NCBI GenBank assembly: GCA_900088475.1
Contig: FLMG01002041.1
Coordinates: forward strand, 1 to 34,113
Direction of reading: 5' to 3'
Origin: Hyphochytrium catenoides
Taxonomy: Eukaryota > Protista > Hyphochytriomycota
Length of the DNA stretch: 34,113 bases
A program made the translations under genes and the position numbers. The notes beneath the pieces are model-generated. The model was not told the DNA's origin. It was given only the letters and a program-made list of their open reading frames with translations, and did no database searches. Below, in pieces: positions 1 through 11,743 of this stretch (the stretch's first letter is position 1; each line of letters opens with the position of its first letter).

Positions 1-66
1 GAGAGAGAGAGAGAGAGAGAGAGAAAGATGAAAGATGAAAGATGAGAGGAAGAAACAAGAAAGAAA
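1..66. repeat. (GA)n microsatellite followed by GAAAGAT repeats
   Basis: gagagaga... from position 1, then gaaagat x3 and a purine-rich tail. Confidence 0.9.
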
Positions 67-789
67 GTGAAAGGATCTGATGCCTCGGATTCTGAAGAGC
101 GTGGCTGTCAGATCTGCCTTCAATATCCCAAGGATACGCCGCTAAGGGCTGTCAGAAGCAATCTTAGTTCTCTTAGGCCCTCTCCATACCTAATCCTTCA
201 CCGCCCCCATTGGTCATCAGACCCGCCCACGTCCACCATGAAACTTACTGACCAATATAATACGCCCAGAAAGTTGCAGCAACCAATACGATCGAGCTGG
301 AGTAGCCATGTAGTAATATATTCACGGATATCGGAGTATGTTGTCAAATATTAGGCTTAAAGACAAAACAAGGCCCGGTTTTTACTGCCTTAGCCTCGCG
401 GTCCAATTGTGGGCGGGTTGCTTTCGGTGCTTCTGTCTTTCCTTCCCTCTGCTATGAATGTGAGGAAAGAGGTAAGAGGGACGAGACAGAGTGACGAAGA
501 AAGGTTCTCCACATAAGGCATCTGCCAACATTTTGTCAAGACAGAGCGACAATGAGGGAAGAGTTCGAAGGGGGGTGGACAGCCTTGGCTAAATTGATGG
601 ATGACAAGACCATCAAGCCAGAACTCTCTTCTGTGGCTACCTTTCCTGTTCACAAACAAGAGGAAGAATTGAGTAGTGAGGGAGGGACGACAGGAGAGTC
701 TACTGGGTCGTTGTGTCGTTGTAAAAACGAAGGCGTGGACTCTTATTCGAAAAATAAAGGGCGACGAAGACCCACACTGGCGGAACGAG

Positions 790-794
790 AAAAA
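790..794 (-). terminator. Pol III terminator (T5) of tRNA-Gly copy 1
   Basis: AAAAA on + is TTTTT on -, about 10 nt downstream of the tRNA 3' end. Confidence 0.7.
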
Positions 795-803
795 GAATAC
801 TCT

Positions 804-874
804 TGCATCTGCCGGGAATCGAACCCGGGACACCTCGATGGCAACGAGGTATTTTACCACTAAACTACAGATGC
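804..874 (-). tRNA. tRNA-Gly (anticodon GCC), copy 1
   Basis: Minus strand reads GCATCTG TA GTTT AGTGGTA AAAT A CCTCG TTGCCAT CGAGG TGTC CCGGG TTCGATT CCCGG CAGATGC A. This gives a full cloverleaf with 7-bp acceptor stem, GCC anticodon and TTCGA T-loop, no intron and no encoded CCA. Confidence 0.97.
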
Positions 875-1650
875 GCCATCTGTGCCAGTAAGTGACAACA
901 ACTTATCTACAACCCTGCGTGTGGTGTTAAATAGCTTCCTTATGCTCGCCCTTATGACTTCTTTATCTTTATGTACCTGTAGAAGGAAGAAAGAAGACAG
1001 AGGCCAGTTGCCTTTCTAAAACAACGGAGAATAGAATATTCTACATGCTGTTGCTCTGCACCAACAGAAGACAACATTAGTAATGTTTTGATCATCAATA
1101 ACCAACAACTAACCAGCAACAACCATACCTTCCTTCGTAGTACTGAGAAGCACCTTTCTTCTCCCATTTGGCATAGAACCTATCGATCAGTTCATTTATC
1201 AGTTTTTCTTATTATGTTTATCAGTTTTTCAACAGCACTAGTAATAAAGTACTTATGCAGCTTCCTTTTATTTCTATATCTCCTCAAGACCTATGTTAAC
1301 TGACAGTACGCTGGAGAGAGAGTAATCGAACTATAGCCGTGGGACTCTAAAGGAGAAAGTATGCGAGGAAGAAAGAAGGAGGAGGACAAACTAGAGAAGA
1401 GGCTAATTACCGCCATAATAGTCGGATGGGACCGAAGAAACAACATACATTACCGTACAGAAAGGCAGCACATCATCATAATGGGCCGTAGGCAGCCGCA
1501 GTCCTACAAGTTGCCGGGCACCGCCCTGCTGCTTGTTGTGGGCGGCATGCACTAAGTAAGTGTAGGTAGTAATTCCAGTTCGTTAAGCGTTTTTAGTACC
1601 TGCAAACGGGATGATGATGAGGGTCTTGATTATTAACCCCAGTTCACGCA

Positions 1651-2225
1651 GGAAGAAGAAGTACTTGCGCACCGGATTGCGGGTTAGGAGGCCCTTGACA
1701 TTAAATAATATAGCATAGCCAGGAGGGCCACCGCTGAGAATAATCATGCTTCTGTGGATGATGAAGAAGACCAAGACCTGTCAACCAGAAAGACAAACAA
1801 TTTGCACTCCTCGACTGACAAAAGTAATAATCAGTGACGAATTTGCCTCTCGGATTGAAGAAAGAGTGTCTTGTCATCATCCGACTCTACATAGCGTCCC
1901 ATATATTGCATTCGGAGAGTGCTCCTCAGTCGTAGGCCCACAACAGGGACCGGTGGTGGACCTTGCCAGCAACAATCTCTGTTCTTGAGAAAGAGATGTC
2001 GATGTTTTCATTCCGAAGGGCAATCTCGTCACTGGATAACACGTTTATCAGCAGGAGCGAGTGCAATTCTTCGTCTTTCTTCTGGTTGAGAGGTCTTCAG
2101 CCACAGAAGCATGGCTGTTCTCAGCCTCAGCGGTGGAGCTTCTGGCGATGCTATCCTCCGTAATGTCCGACAAGGGCCTTCTATTCTACGCATCCGGTGC
2201 GCCAAGAAGAAGTACTTCTTCTTCC
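1651..2225. repeat. Degenerate long inverted repeat (arms ~1651-1859 and ~2007-2225, spacer ~150 nt)
   Basis: The reverse complement of 1651-1757 (ccacagaagcatgattattctcagcggtggccctcctggctatgctat...atccggtgcgcaagtacttcttcttcc) aligns to 2101-2225 (ccacagaagcatggctgttctcagcctcagcggtggagcttctggcgatgctat...atccggtgcgccaagaagaagtacttcttcttcc). The alignment continues inward through tctggttgac/gaggtctt, gagtgcaa and tcgtcactg. Confidence 0.85.
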
Positions 2226-2960
2226 TCCTCACTTCTTCTTCAGTATCCACAGTTTGTAGTAGTACGTCATTCAGGCCTCCCGTCCGTCTTCGTCGTTGAT
2301 CACCTTCCTGCTGAGGTCATGCACCTTAACGCTGTTGTTGAACATCTATTATCAAACTCCGTCCTCTTTATTATTCTCCTGGACCCTGAACACCACCAGA
2401 GCCCTCTGGCTGGACTCGAGGAGGAGCTTGGGAGGCTGCTGCAACAGAAGACTTGTTGTTGTCATCCACTGTAAATCGGGGCGAACTATCGAAGAGAGCG
2501 CCGGCTGCTAGTGCCGTCGGACTTGTCAACATCATATGAACACTGTCAAAAGGGAGAAGGATATATAGTAGTAGTGTCGGTACGTTTCCTTCTTCCTTTT
2601 GATGATGTCCTTGTTATTTTCACGACGAGCTCTTGGTAATCTGGAAAAAGATAAACAACAACGGAGGATCGATTTACATACAAAGAATCTTGCAAAAAAC
2701 AGTATGGGGAGATATTGTCTAGCACTCATCTTCGTCAATACTAACATAGACGCAGGTATTAACACAACGGTTACAGCGGGAAACGTGGTACCGTCTTCTT
2801 GGTGAGTACGAGTACCTACTAGAAGAAGATGATTTGAGATATGGATGCCGCTAACGTTCAATATTGTTTACCCTGGACTGCAGTTTCAGATTTTAGACTT
2901 CCTACAGGTAAAAGGCTCGGAACTGAGGATGAGTTTTTGACTACTTGCGAAAAAGGTTTT

Positions 2961-3031
2961 TGCATCTGCCGGGAATCGAACCCGGGACACCTCGATGGCA
3001 ACGAGGTATTTTACCACTAAACTACAGATGC
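2961..3031 (-). tRNA. tRNA-Gly (anticodon GCC), copy 2
   Basis: Identical 71-nt sequence to 804-874, with its own T5 run (AAAAA on + at 2950-2954). Confidence 0.97.
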
Positions 3032-3958
3032 GCCACGTTTTTCTCATTGAGAGCAACAAGTTATCATATTCATTGAGTCTAACTACCCTAATGGTATGTG
3101 GCTAATGATGGTGCAAAACAGTTGTGGAGCGAAGCAGTAACGACTCCTCGTTATCGCTGCTGCTCCTGCTGCTGGTGCACTACTGTTTCGTCCTCTGATT
3201 GGCCCTCCACCTCCCTTCTCTCTTCGCTCTTCTCCTAGCAAACTGGTTCTCTTTACAAGCTAAAAGTTAGAGACTTCTGAGCGAGTTGCGCTGTAGTAGT
3301 AGATGTTATGTTAGGGTTTATGCTAGTAAGAGGGAGAAGAAATGCAGCATTGCCCGATGGGAAGGAGGACTAAAAGAACAAAAGATAGAGATGTAGCCTT
3401 TTGATGAATAAGCCGTCATCACTACCTCTCTTACGACTGCAGTTGATTATTACCTTTTGTCAGGTGATGGGGGAGGAAGAAGACGTGCAGAGGATGGTTA
3501 TTATCATCATAGGCACCACAACAACGAAGAAGTGGTGGATGATCAGTGGTCGGTTGGGGTCGCCGGAGAGAGGACAACGTATGGGTCTCTCAATGAAGTG
3601 TGAGGATAAACCAGTAAGTAGTTAATTTGGAAAGCAGACAAAGTGCAAAAAAAAAGTTGTTAAGGGGTCAAAGACAGAAGCTCAACCTCTTCACAGCCTA
3701 GAGCCACACTTCTATTAAAGCAGAAGAAAGCACAAACTGCAACTTGCACGCCGACAGTAGAGGAAGGCGCAAATAAGACTACCACGCTAAAGATCGTGTT
3801 GAGAACACACGCGCTGGCCGTGGATTGTTCCCATATAGTAAATCCCTACCTCTGCCTGTCTAATCCTTTCGACTGCTCTACCTATCAGTGGCTAAGGAAG
3901 GTCCTTGCTTCCTGAGAGGAAGACAGTGTATATCAGTATAAGCAGTACGAGTAGAACA

Positions 3959-4758
3959 ATGTCAGGCTATCCGATTGTCATCCATGCCAAAAAGAGAGAT
4001 GAGTACAATAGACTCATCGACCAGGTTTTCTACATCTTTGACAGGGACAAGCGGAAAGCGGTTCCTGTCGAGTAAGTGGACAAAATGTGTTCTTCTTCTC
4101 TTGTCCTTCTTTGATAGAGAGCTAACGAAGTCATCTTCTCTATTACCAACATAACATAGAGAGATTGGCCCGATGCTTAGAGCTCTGGGACAATATCCAA
4201 CCGAGTCAGCTCTCAACAGTGAGATCATACCAAAGGTAATTACGTACGCAAGACATCATCTCAACTTGCGATCAGCTGAATGTTGTTCTCTTCTGACGTG
4301 TAGATGAGAGACGACAAGCTGCCAACAACGGTAAAGCTGCCTAAGTTCAAAAGTATAGCATTGGACATCATGATGTCGAGACACTACGAGCCAGATCCCA
4401 CCGACGTTCTCCTCGAGGCATTCAAGGTAGGCTCATATTCTCTCTCTTCCCCTTCTTCTTGCATCACTGTTGAGTTACAATGGCCGCTGCAAAGAAACCT
4501 TATCACCGTGGGCTAACCGCGCTGACGTACTAGAAACTGGATGAGTCCAAAGAAGGTCACTTGGATATAAACTACCTCAGAGAAGTGCTGACCACTAGGG
4601 GCGACGAGCCTTTAACGTATGCAGAGGTTGAGCAATTCCTTAATGCGGCGAGAGACGGCCCCTATTCCAGTCGGGTCTACTATCAGGATTATCTACTCAC
4701 AACTATGGAAGATAGACAGGCCGACATACGACTGCGCACTGAAGAGTATTCTAGTTGA
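3959..4758 (+). CDS. DRC8: Dynein regulatory complex subunit 8 / EF-hand protein EFCAB2 (4 exons: 3959-4071, 4160-4235, 4304-4426, 4534-4758)
   Basis: Spliced product MSGYPIVIHAKKRDEYNRLIDQVFYIFDRDKRKAVPVEEIGPMLRALGQYPTESALNSEIIPKMRDDKLPTTVKLPKFKSIALDIMMSRHYEPDPTDVLLEAFKKLDESKEGHLDINYLREVLTTRGDEPLTYAEVEQFLNAARDG...YYQDY. It is calmodulin-like with EFCAB2 hallmarks (EIGxxxRxLGxxPTE; RxYxPxPxDVLLxAF), and all three GT-AG introns keep frame. Confidence 0.85.
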
Positions 4759-5066
4759 GAGAAGATGCCGTAAGGTTCATTTATGAGTCTCAATGGGTTG
4801 GTAAACGGGTAATGTATCCAGCGTTAAGAGGAAGGGCTTTATCTTTTTAGATAGAAAGATGTGTCTTGCTAGACTGTAGGAGTAAGTGAAGGCCGACGGT
4901 TCTTTCCAAATCTCTCTTAAGTCTACGTTTGCCTCGGTAGATATAGCCGCTGCGTGAAGAAGTGCTCTAAAAAGGTAGGGGATGAATAGAGTGGTCCTTC
5001 TATCAGCTGACATAGTCGGATTAGGCGACTGGATATTGAGGTCAAAGAGCTTAGTCCTGGGATTGC

Positions 5067-5796
5067 CTACGTCTTCCTTGTATGTTTCTTCTTGGCGTTG
5101 ATATAGTGCTGGTCGGTAGAAAGCGCATTGTCAATGAACCTGTTGGCAGCGCCCTTGTCGAGCTTCATGCCTGGACCTTGAACTTCGTTTAGACGGATGA
5201 GAGTAAGAAATTAGCCCAACCAAGTGGGAAGTAGACGAGCATGACAGAGGTTCTTACTCTTGGCCTCTGCATCCTTCAGCTTGCCCATGTATTGCTTCAC
5301 TCTCTCCTACAATAACAACGAGGGTCATAGACAGATTGTCTCAGGTCGACCTTTGCATATGTGCATGGACTAGATAGTAAGATCAGAGGAAGAGGGCAGA
5401 AGAGAGTAGCCAAGTACAACTTACCAGCTCTTGCATGACAGGGTGTTCCTGAGGAGAGGCGCCCTTAGACTTCAGGTACACTTCGAAGAGAGTTCGATAG
5501 TTAGTGCAGTGGCATTGTAGAGGGAGCCCTACGGGCGAACTTACCATAGAACAGAGAGCTGATGGCATAGGCTGTCATGATGAAGAAGGCGTTAGCCATG
5601 TTCTTCTGACGTTGGTAGCAGTGAATCACCTACCCAAGCTAACATTCAATCTTGCGCTTTCAAGCGACATCAGGTCGTTGTAGATCTCCTCCATCGAGCC
5701 TGCTTCTAGTAGCGGCCCCAGTCTATCCTCTACATCGTCCAGACAGACGCCGAGGGGATCAAAAAGCTCCTTCACGTCCTCCCTACTCAGGGCCAT
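5067..5796 (-). CDS. C1D: C1D / Rrp47 nuclear exosome cofactor (Sas10/C1D domain), 5 exons
   Basis: Spliced product MALSREDVKELFDPLGVCLDDVEDRLGPLLEAGSMEEIYNDLMSLESARLNVSLAYAISSLFYVYLKSKGASPQEHPVMQELERVKQYMGKLKDAEAK..PGMKLDKGAANRFIDNAL. The motifs AYxxxSLFxxYL..G..P.EHPVxQELERV and LDKxAAxRFI are diagnostic. The exact 3' end is less certain. Confidence 0.92.
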
Positions 5797-8284
5797 GCTT
5801 ATAACCTGACAACCCTGCTGTCTTTCGTAGCTATTATGGCAAGCACTGAGCTGTAGCGTGGAGGAAGATGATGATGCAACTGTCGCGTGCTCCGCCTTGG
5901 GAGTAGTAGTTTGATCCCAGGAAACCGTGTAGAAGATGAGCTTCTTGGAGCCGAGAAGCAGGGCAGCCTCGCGAGGAAGCTCTTCTGGTGACTCTTTACC
6001 TACTATATCGCCCTCCTATACACCTCTAAGAAGAAGGACGTCGTATGGAGCGCCTTTCGTCTCGCCCCTCGTAGGAGGAGGAAGGAGGAGGAAGCGGGTA
6101 AGCTTTCCCAATGTAGCTAATTGCTGGGCCCTTCAGGAAGCTGGAGAAGAACTACTACCCGGTCAGCCTGTTCCTCTCAGGTGCACGGAACTAAAGGGAC
6201 TGACTGTCTCCTGTCGGTATCACCATCATCAAAGGTCATCCTCATCCCCGATGATCAGCCACTAACAAAGTCCAAGAAGAAGAGCAGCAACCAACAGCCA
6301 GACATCAGAAGCTTGATCAGCAGAGTTTGTTGGTCAGAGAGCTGGAGGAGGTCCTTCCTGAAGGAAAAAATGAATGGTTCCAAAACCTTCTTTTCTTTCA
6401 CGTTCCTGTAACTGTCATTACACCTTGACAAATGTTACCGTGGCCGGAAATCTTCGTGCAGTAAACTTTGAAAGCTTCCATTTGTGTGAAGTGAGGTGAT
6501 TGATGATTGTTATAAACAAATAATGATGCACAACGAAGAAAGGAAATACAAACTAAAGAAAGAGCTCTCGTTATAGAGACTGAAGATTAGTGCAGGATCT
6601 CTGACCATTGGTGACGGGCTACCGCTAGCTATGAGAGGTTCGCACACCCTGATACAGAAGAGGAAGGGACTCAGCAGGAGTGCTCCCCGGGTCTGCTGTT
6701 CATTTGTCTATTATCTGAATGCCAAAAGTCGAGAAGAGGATCGAAGAAGAAGGAGGAGGCTAGAAGGTAGCAGCAGTAGGGTAACCTTTCAAGTTATGGT
6801 CATCGAGAAGGAGCCGAGCTAGCTATATTGGCTCAACACAAACGACATCTCTCCCACTAATAATGACTGTTAGATACTGTCTTCTTCCTTTTCGGTGATG
6901 ATGTAAGGAGACAGTTCTCCATCTCTCACTCTCACCTGGATTAATTCTATTGTTGGCGAAAGAGAAGACAAGACGTGAAGCGCGATTGACGACTATTATC
7001 AAAATGGTGAGCAATAGCCTCCTCCTCCGATCCTCTCCCTCTCGCCTGCATTAACCAGACAGTACATGCATAGTAAAGGAACACCTCAAGAAGAAAGAAG
7101 AAGTTCAACCCGTCAACTACTACTAAGAAAGCTCCGCAGGGGGAGAATATCAAGGACGATAATATCAATGATGCTAGTACACCCGTGCCGCCGTTCTTCC
7201 AACAGAGACTGCAACCGTTGTTAAGTCCAAAGAACAATAACTCCTTGCCCAAACGAAGAATTAAGGGGGGTTATTATTATCCCGTCAAAACATGCTCAAT
7301 GCAATGAACCATTTTGGAGAGAATCTCTGGAGGAGCACGTTGTTTTTGCCATAGTGCATCTCCTCCTAGTCATCGCTGCTGGATAAGAAGGAGAAGAGCG
7401 GGTGCACAGGAGAAGCAGTTAAACGAACTTCAACAAGACTATGACAGCCTTATACCTCTTGAGAACCACACTATCATCATCTATAACACTACCCGTCCTT
7501 TTATTACCGCCGGCAGGTTTAGGGCCACAAACAAGCTCTCCCTGTGCCCCTTCTCAAGTCAAAATCAGCAGCTGCCTCCTCCGCTTCTTTTTCGTCCAGA
7601 TAGAGAAGAAGAAGAATATCTCAGATCACCGCACGGATGAAGAATGTCTTCTTGTTGTCCAGAATTCTTCAATAATTGTGGGTTGATTATGATTGATTGA
7701 TGATACTGATGAATGTTAGGGAAACACCACCGACAGAAGGGGGCCAAATGCTAGGATAACAAACTCTGCCTTTCTGTCGGCCATCCCCAGATAACTCTCC
7801 CTTTCTATGCCTTTCTTCCTTGTTCCTCCCTCGCCCTTTCATCTACGAGTCTTTCCCCGTCCTTGATCTTCGAAGAAGAGAGGAGAGGTGTGCTGCATGA
7901 TGAAGAAATGGATTGATGATGATGTGGTGGGCAGAACAGCAGAACATGACGAGCTTCTATCAATCTCTTCTCCCTCTGTTGCCGATTTTCTCTTGTCACG
8001 TCGCTGAACATAGTTATTAGAGGCATCAATCTGATCATGAGCTTAACAATGCCCGACGAGGGAACATACGTTCTTATGAAGAAAGGCTTTTGATGAAGAT
8101 TTCTTCAGCAGAGAAGCATCAAAGAAGTGCGCTGGTGGCGAGTAAGAAAAGAGAACACCATAATAATAAATACTCATTCAGGATCTTGGAATGATGATTA
8201 AGGCTTACAGATGGAGTAGTAATAAACGATAGGAGGGGGAAGAGGATGGTAGTAGTGCGGGGACGTTGTCAGGAAGACAGCTGC

Positions 8285-8405
8285 CAGCAGAGAGAGACAG
8301 AGAGGCAGTGAGACGAAGAAAGAGTAAGGCGATTGGGGAAGAGAGAGAGAGATGGCAAGCACGAAGAGTTTAGACAGAGAGAGAACGAGAGAGGGAGGAA
8401 GTGAA

Positions 8406-8437
<32 letters not shown>

Positions 8438-8575
8438 AGTGAAAGAGAGAGAGAGAGAGAGAGACAGAGAGACAGAGAAAGACAGAGGGAGAGAGGGAGA
8501 GAGAGAAAGAGACAGAGAGAGAGAGGGGGGGAGGTGAGTTAGAGGAGAGAGACAGAGAGCGAGAACAACAGAGGA
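8285..8575. repeat. GA-rich compound microsatellite (GA/GACA/GGGA)
   Basis: Long run of gagagaga, gacagaga and gggaga units. Confidence 0.9.
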
Positions 8576-8604
8576 GGAGCATAAGCAGAGGAAGGTGAGA
8601 TTGC

Positions 8605-8913
8605 ATGGTAGAGTGGGGTTTTAGTTGGAGGTACTTGTACAAGTACAAGGAACAAGATCTCATCGTCAGCGAAAGAGGAACGAAGTAACGCTTGCACAAG
8701 AGCCACACCGTGTTCGCCAGTCCATCTTACTTTTACAAGCACATCATCCCCGTGCTGAAAGATCTAGGAAAGAAAGTGACAGTCGGATTGTAGAGGGATA
8801 TCTTGTCCATCGTAGCTGCCACCAGAAGCCTATAACTAGTCACAAAGGCTACACGAACAGAATGCGGAGAAAAGAACAACACGAGGCAAAGAAGCCACAG
8901 AAAAGAAGCTTGA
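8605..8913 (+). pseudogene. Probable decayed coding fragment, product unknown
   Basis: One frame reads MVEWGFSWRYLYKYKEQDLIVSERGTK*RLHKSHTVFASPSYFYKHIIPVLKDLGKKVTVGL*RDILSIVAATRSL*LVTKAT. Codons often end in C/G, but there are three in-frame stops (8686, 8791, 8833). Confidence 0.35.
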
Positions 8914-9170
8914 GGAGGAAGGAAAGAACAAAGTGACGCAGAGGGCACATAGGGAAGAAGGGAAGAAGAGATGAGGAGAGAGGATATTCACAGTTGCAGA
9001 CTGCAAGGGCGACACTGATCCTGTTGACTCTTGCATCTGATGCTCTTCATTATCAAAGATTCAATCTCTCAACAACATCGACAAATAACTAGTTGGATCA
9101 ACGTGAACAAACTCTACTTATCATCAAACACGAAGACAGAAGAACAAGGGCTCAAGCACCATTCGCAAGC

Positions 9171-9464
9171 ATGTCGGACAGTGTAGATCAAGGTTCAACG
9201 GCAAACTCTGCCAAGCACGCAGCTCAGGCTTTCCAGGAGGATGGATCTATTGGTCAGAAGTTCACACCTGAAGGTTCAATTGGCGGCACTGCTCGCAATT
9301 TGGGCGGACCTTTTAGGGAAGATGGTGCCATCGGAAAGCAATTCACTACTGAGGGAGCAATTGGCGGAAAGGTTCAAGAGAAAGCGGAGAGAGCCGAAGT
9401 TAGAGCTGCAGTTGCTGAAGACGTGGGAACCAAGCGCTCTGTATGGGACTACGGGCCTGCATAA
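9171..9464 (+). CDS. Small (97 aa) hydrophilic Gly-rich protein with two DG(S/A)IGxxFTxEG(S/A)IGG repeats
   Basis: Intronless ORF MSDSVDQGSTANSAKHAAQAFQEDGSIGQKFTPEGSIGGTARNLGGPFREDGAIGKQFTTEGAIGGKVQEKAE...; the internal repeat is conserved at protein level with synonymous divergence. Confidence 0.85.
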   Translation: MSDSVDQGSTANSAKHAAQAFQEDGSIGQKFTPEGSIGGTARNLGGPFREDGAIGKQFTTEGAIGGKVQEKAERAEVRAAVAEDVGTKRSVWDYGPA

Positions 9465-11743
9465 GACCTCGGAAGCTTATTATTTCTAGAAAAAGTGAGG
9501 GAGTCAGCTGTACAATAACCTTCTTTCACACAGCACAATAAAGTATAGGATTTGCTAGTGAACTCGGAGAACCTCAATGGTGCTCTGGTAGTTGTCCCTT
9601 TGTCATGGAGCTCTTCTAAACTGTTATGCGGCCCCCGCTCTCCTCTCTCTATGCCTATGCGCCGGAGAAGAGCGCCAGTATTGATTCTCCTTAGTCCCAA
9701 GAAGTTGCCTCTGCTTCCATAGGCTGACTGACACCTTGGACTTGATTTACCATGAATAAAGAATGACGATCGCATTGATACACCGCTTCCTAGATGATAC
9801 CTTCAAACAATAATGTCCAGCCTTCCTCAGCACTTCTACCTAGGTACGGATAGAAGGTTCCTAGTAGCCTCCAACAATGCCTTTCCCTCCCCACAATGTA
9901 AGCGAGAGACCGCTTGAGTAGAAGAGGCCGGCGAACATAGCGATCAGCGACATCGTTGCACCCTATTACGCATGATAAGGAAGCTATGGGCCGTTAACGC
10001 TATGCCAATACCATCGTTTACTTGCTTGCAACTCAAAAAAAAGAGGTGGTGGCGGTTAGTCGTGCCTGTAGGTTTGAAGAAAGGCCGCCAACCTAGTCGG
10101 ATGTAGACCTGCTACTAGACTGTGAAGCTAAGACAGCACTCCAGCTGGACCCACTTCCAACAGGCAGCCCGTGTCATCTACTGTTATGGCTGTTGGTTCT
10201 ATATGCAGGCATGATCCTAAGCAAGAACTCTCATGTTATTCTGAGCCGGAAACACCTGGATCCTCTACTTCTCAGTAGGTCCCATCCTTCAGCGTCACCA
10301 AACACAGCGTTACCTCGCGCAGCCGGACTTGCCAGAACTTGATGACCTGCTGTGTGACTCACAATGTGATACCGGGCAAAACTTCTCTTTCAAGCGCAGT
10401 GCTATAAAGCGCTGTGTAGATTACCCATATAGGAACCAAAGCACCATCAAGCAGTGCTTGGTACTTTCCAGCTGGGATCGAACGGTAGAGCTCCCGATAA
10501 GTTTATGAGGAAGCTGTAGCTGTTCCATCCAGCTCCAGTACGACGAGAGCGAGAGGTTTGGTGTTTGGCCGACCAAGGAGAGGGGAGAACTAACTGAGAG
10601 ACAGGAAGGGCTGATGAACAAACATATCAAAGAAAGCGTGAGTTTACAGATAACAGGAATAGATTCTTCCCCTGCCCACAGCTCCAGGGATAGCTTCTGC
10701 CTCGGCCTGCTGGCCCAAAGCTTTGCTTTTAAAAGCCTACAAGCTGCAGCACGTTACGGTGGTGACAATAGGAGCATCCATTTCTATCATTGGACGCTAT
10801 CACCATGTCTCAAGGCTTCTTATTATAATGGTCTCAACTGAATATTCAAATCATGCTGCCCTGTTGAGTGCTTGCTGCTGCGTGTCCATCTTCCTTCTTC
10901 GCATCTTCGGCCACCTGCTGCTGCTGCATCTTCATCAACTGCGCTCATCAATCATCACATCAAGCCTCTTCACTGTGTCATCGATCTCCAAAATTCCCTC
11001 TATTAATTTAGCATAGAAGCCCTTTTGGCTATGTGCGGTTTGTCATCAGCCTTTAAACTCTTTCATAGGGTCGAATCTTCGGAATTTTATACGGAGTAGA
11101 TGGGAAATACTTTTGGCGGTGCCCCCTAGATGGCCTAGGGCTCGTCAACTCCCCCCCTACCACCACTCAGAGTCAGCTTGTCCCAGAAGTGAGTGAGTAA
11201 CCCCGGCGCTACAGCCAGGGGTGCCTTCCCAGGCCCACCCCATGTCCCTGAGTTATTGTTATTGTGCAGAGGTCCAGTTTCGCTTCCTTTTTTGCCACAC
11301 TGCTATTTTAGAAAGGCTAAACAGCTCAAGTGCCTCTCATCAATGACATAGAAAGCTTCAGAATGCAATAACGCGAGGTCGCTTTTGGTTCCTCTGGGTG
11401 GCTTGTTCAGAGTATAGAAGCACTGAGCCTACAAGACTAGTCCGCATCGCTGACAAGCCAACCTGCGTTGACTTGAGTTAGTCCAGAATTGGTCTGCTAT
11501 AGGGTCCCAGGACATCGTAGCGGGCGGCTGTCCGAGTTGCCGTTTGTTCCAGGTGCTTGCCAAGACTTCCCGCCTGTGACGCTGGGCCTCTCTCATATCG
11601 CCTCCCAGGTTGTATGCCATATTGGAGATTATGTCGAGCAAGAAATATCAAGGTACGACTGAAAAGCCTGTAGGCATAACGCTTGCGCACGATTCCTTCG
11701 GCAGCCTATCATTTACATTCGTGCCTCCACCACTTTTCGATAG

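Noticed and set aside
200-290. Cluster of CCAAT/ATTGG and CCGCCC boxes
   Set aside because: No supported downstream Pol II gene to assign it to; such short motifs occur by chance.
390-891. ORFs 390..860, 552..863 and 676..891
   Set aside because: They overlap the tRNA-Gly gene and show no recognisable protein features.
804-3031. Integrated element bounded by att-like tRNA direct repeats
   Set aside because: Both copies are full-length with their own T5 terminators, the context is eukaryotic and no integrase lies between them.
8352-8708. ER-rich and SL-rich ORFs (also 23954..24183)
   Set aside because: Translations of GA/TC microsatellites.
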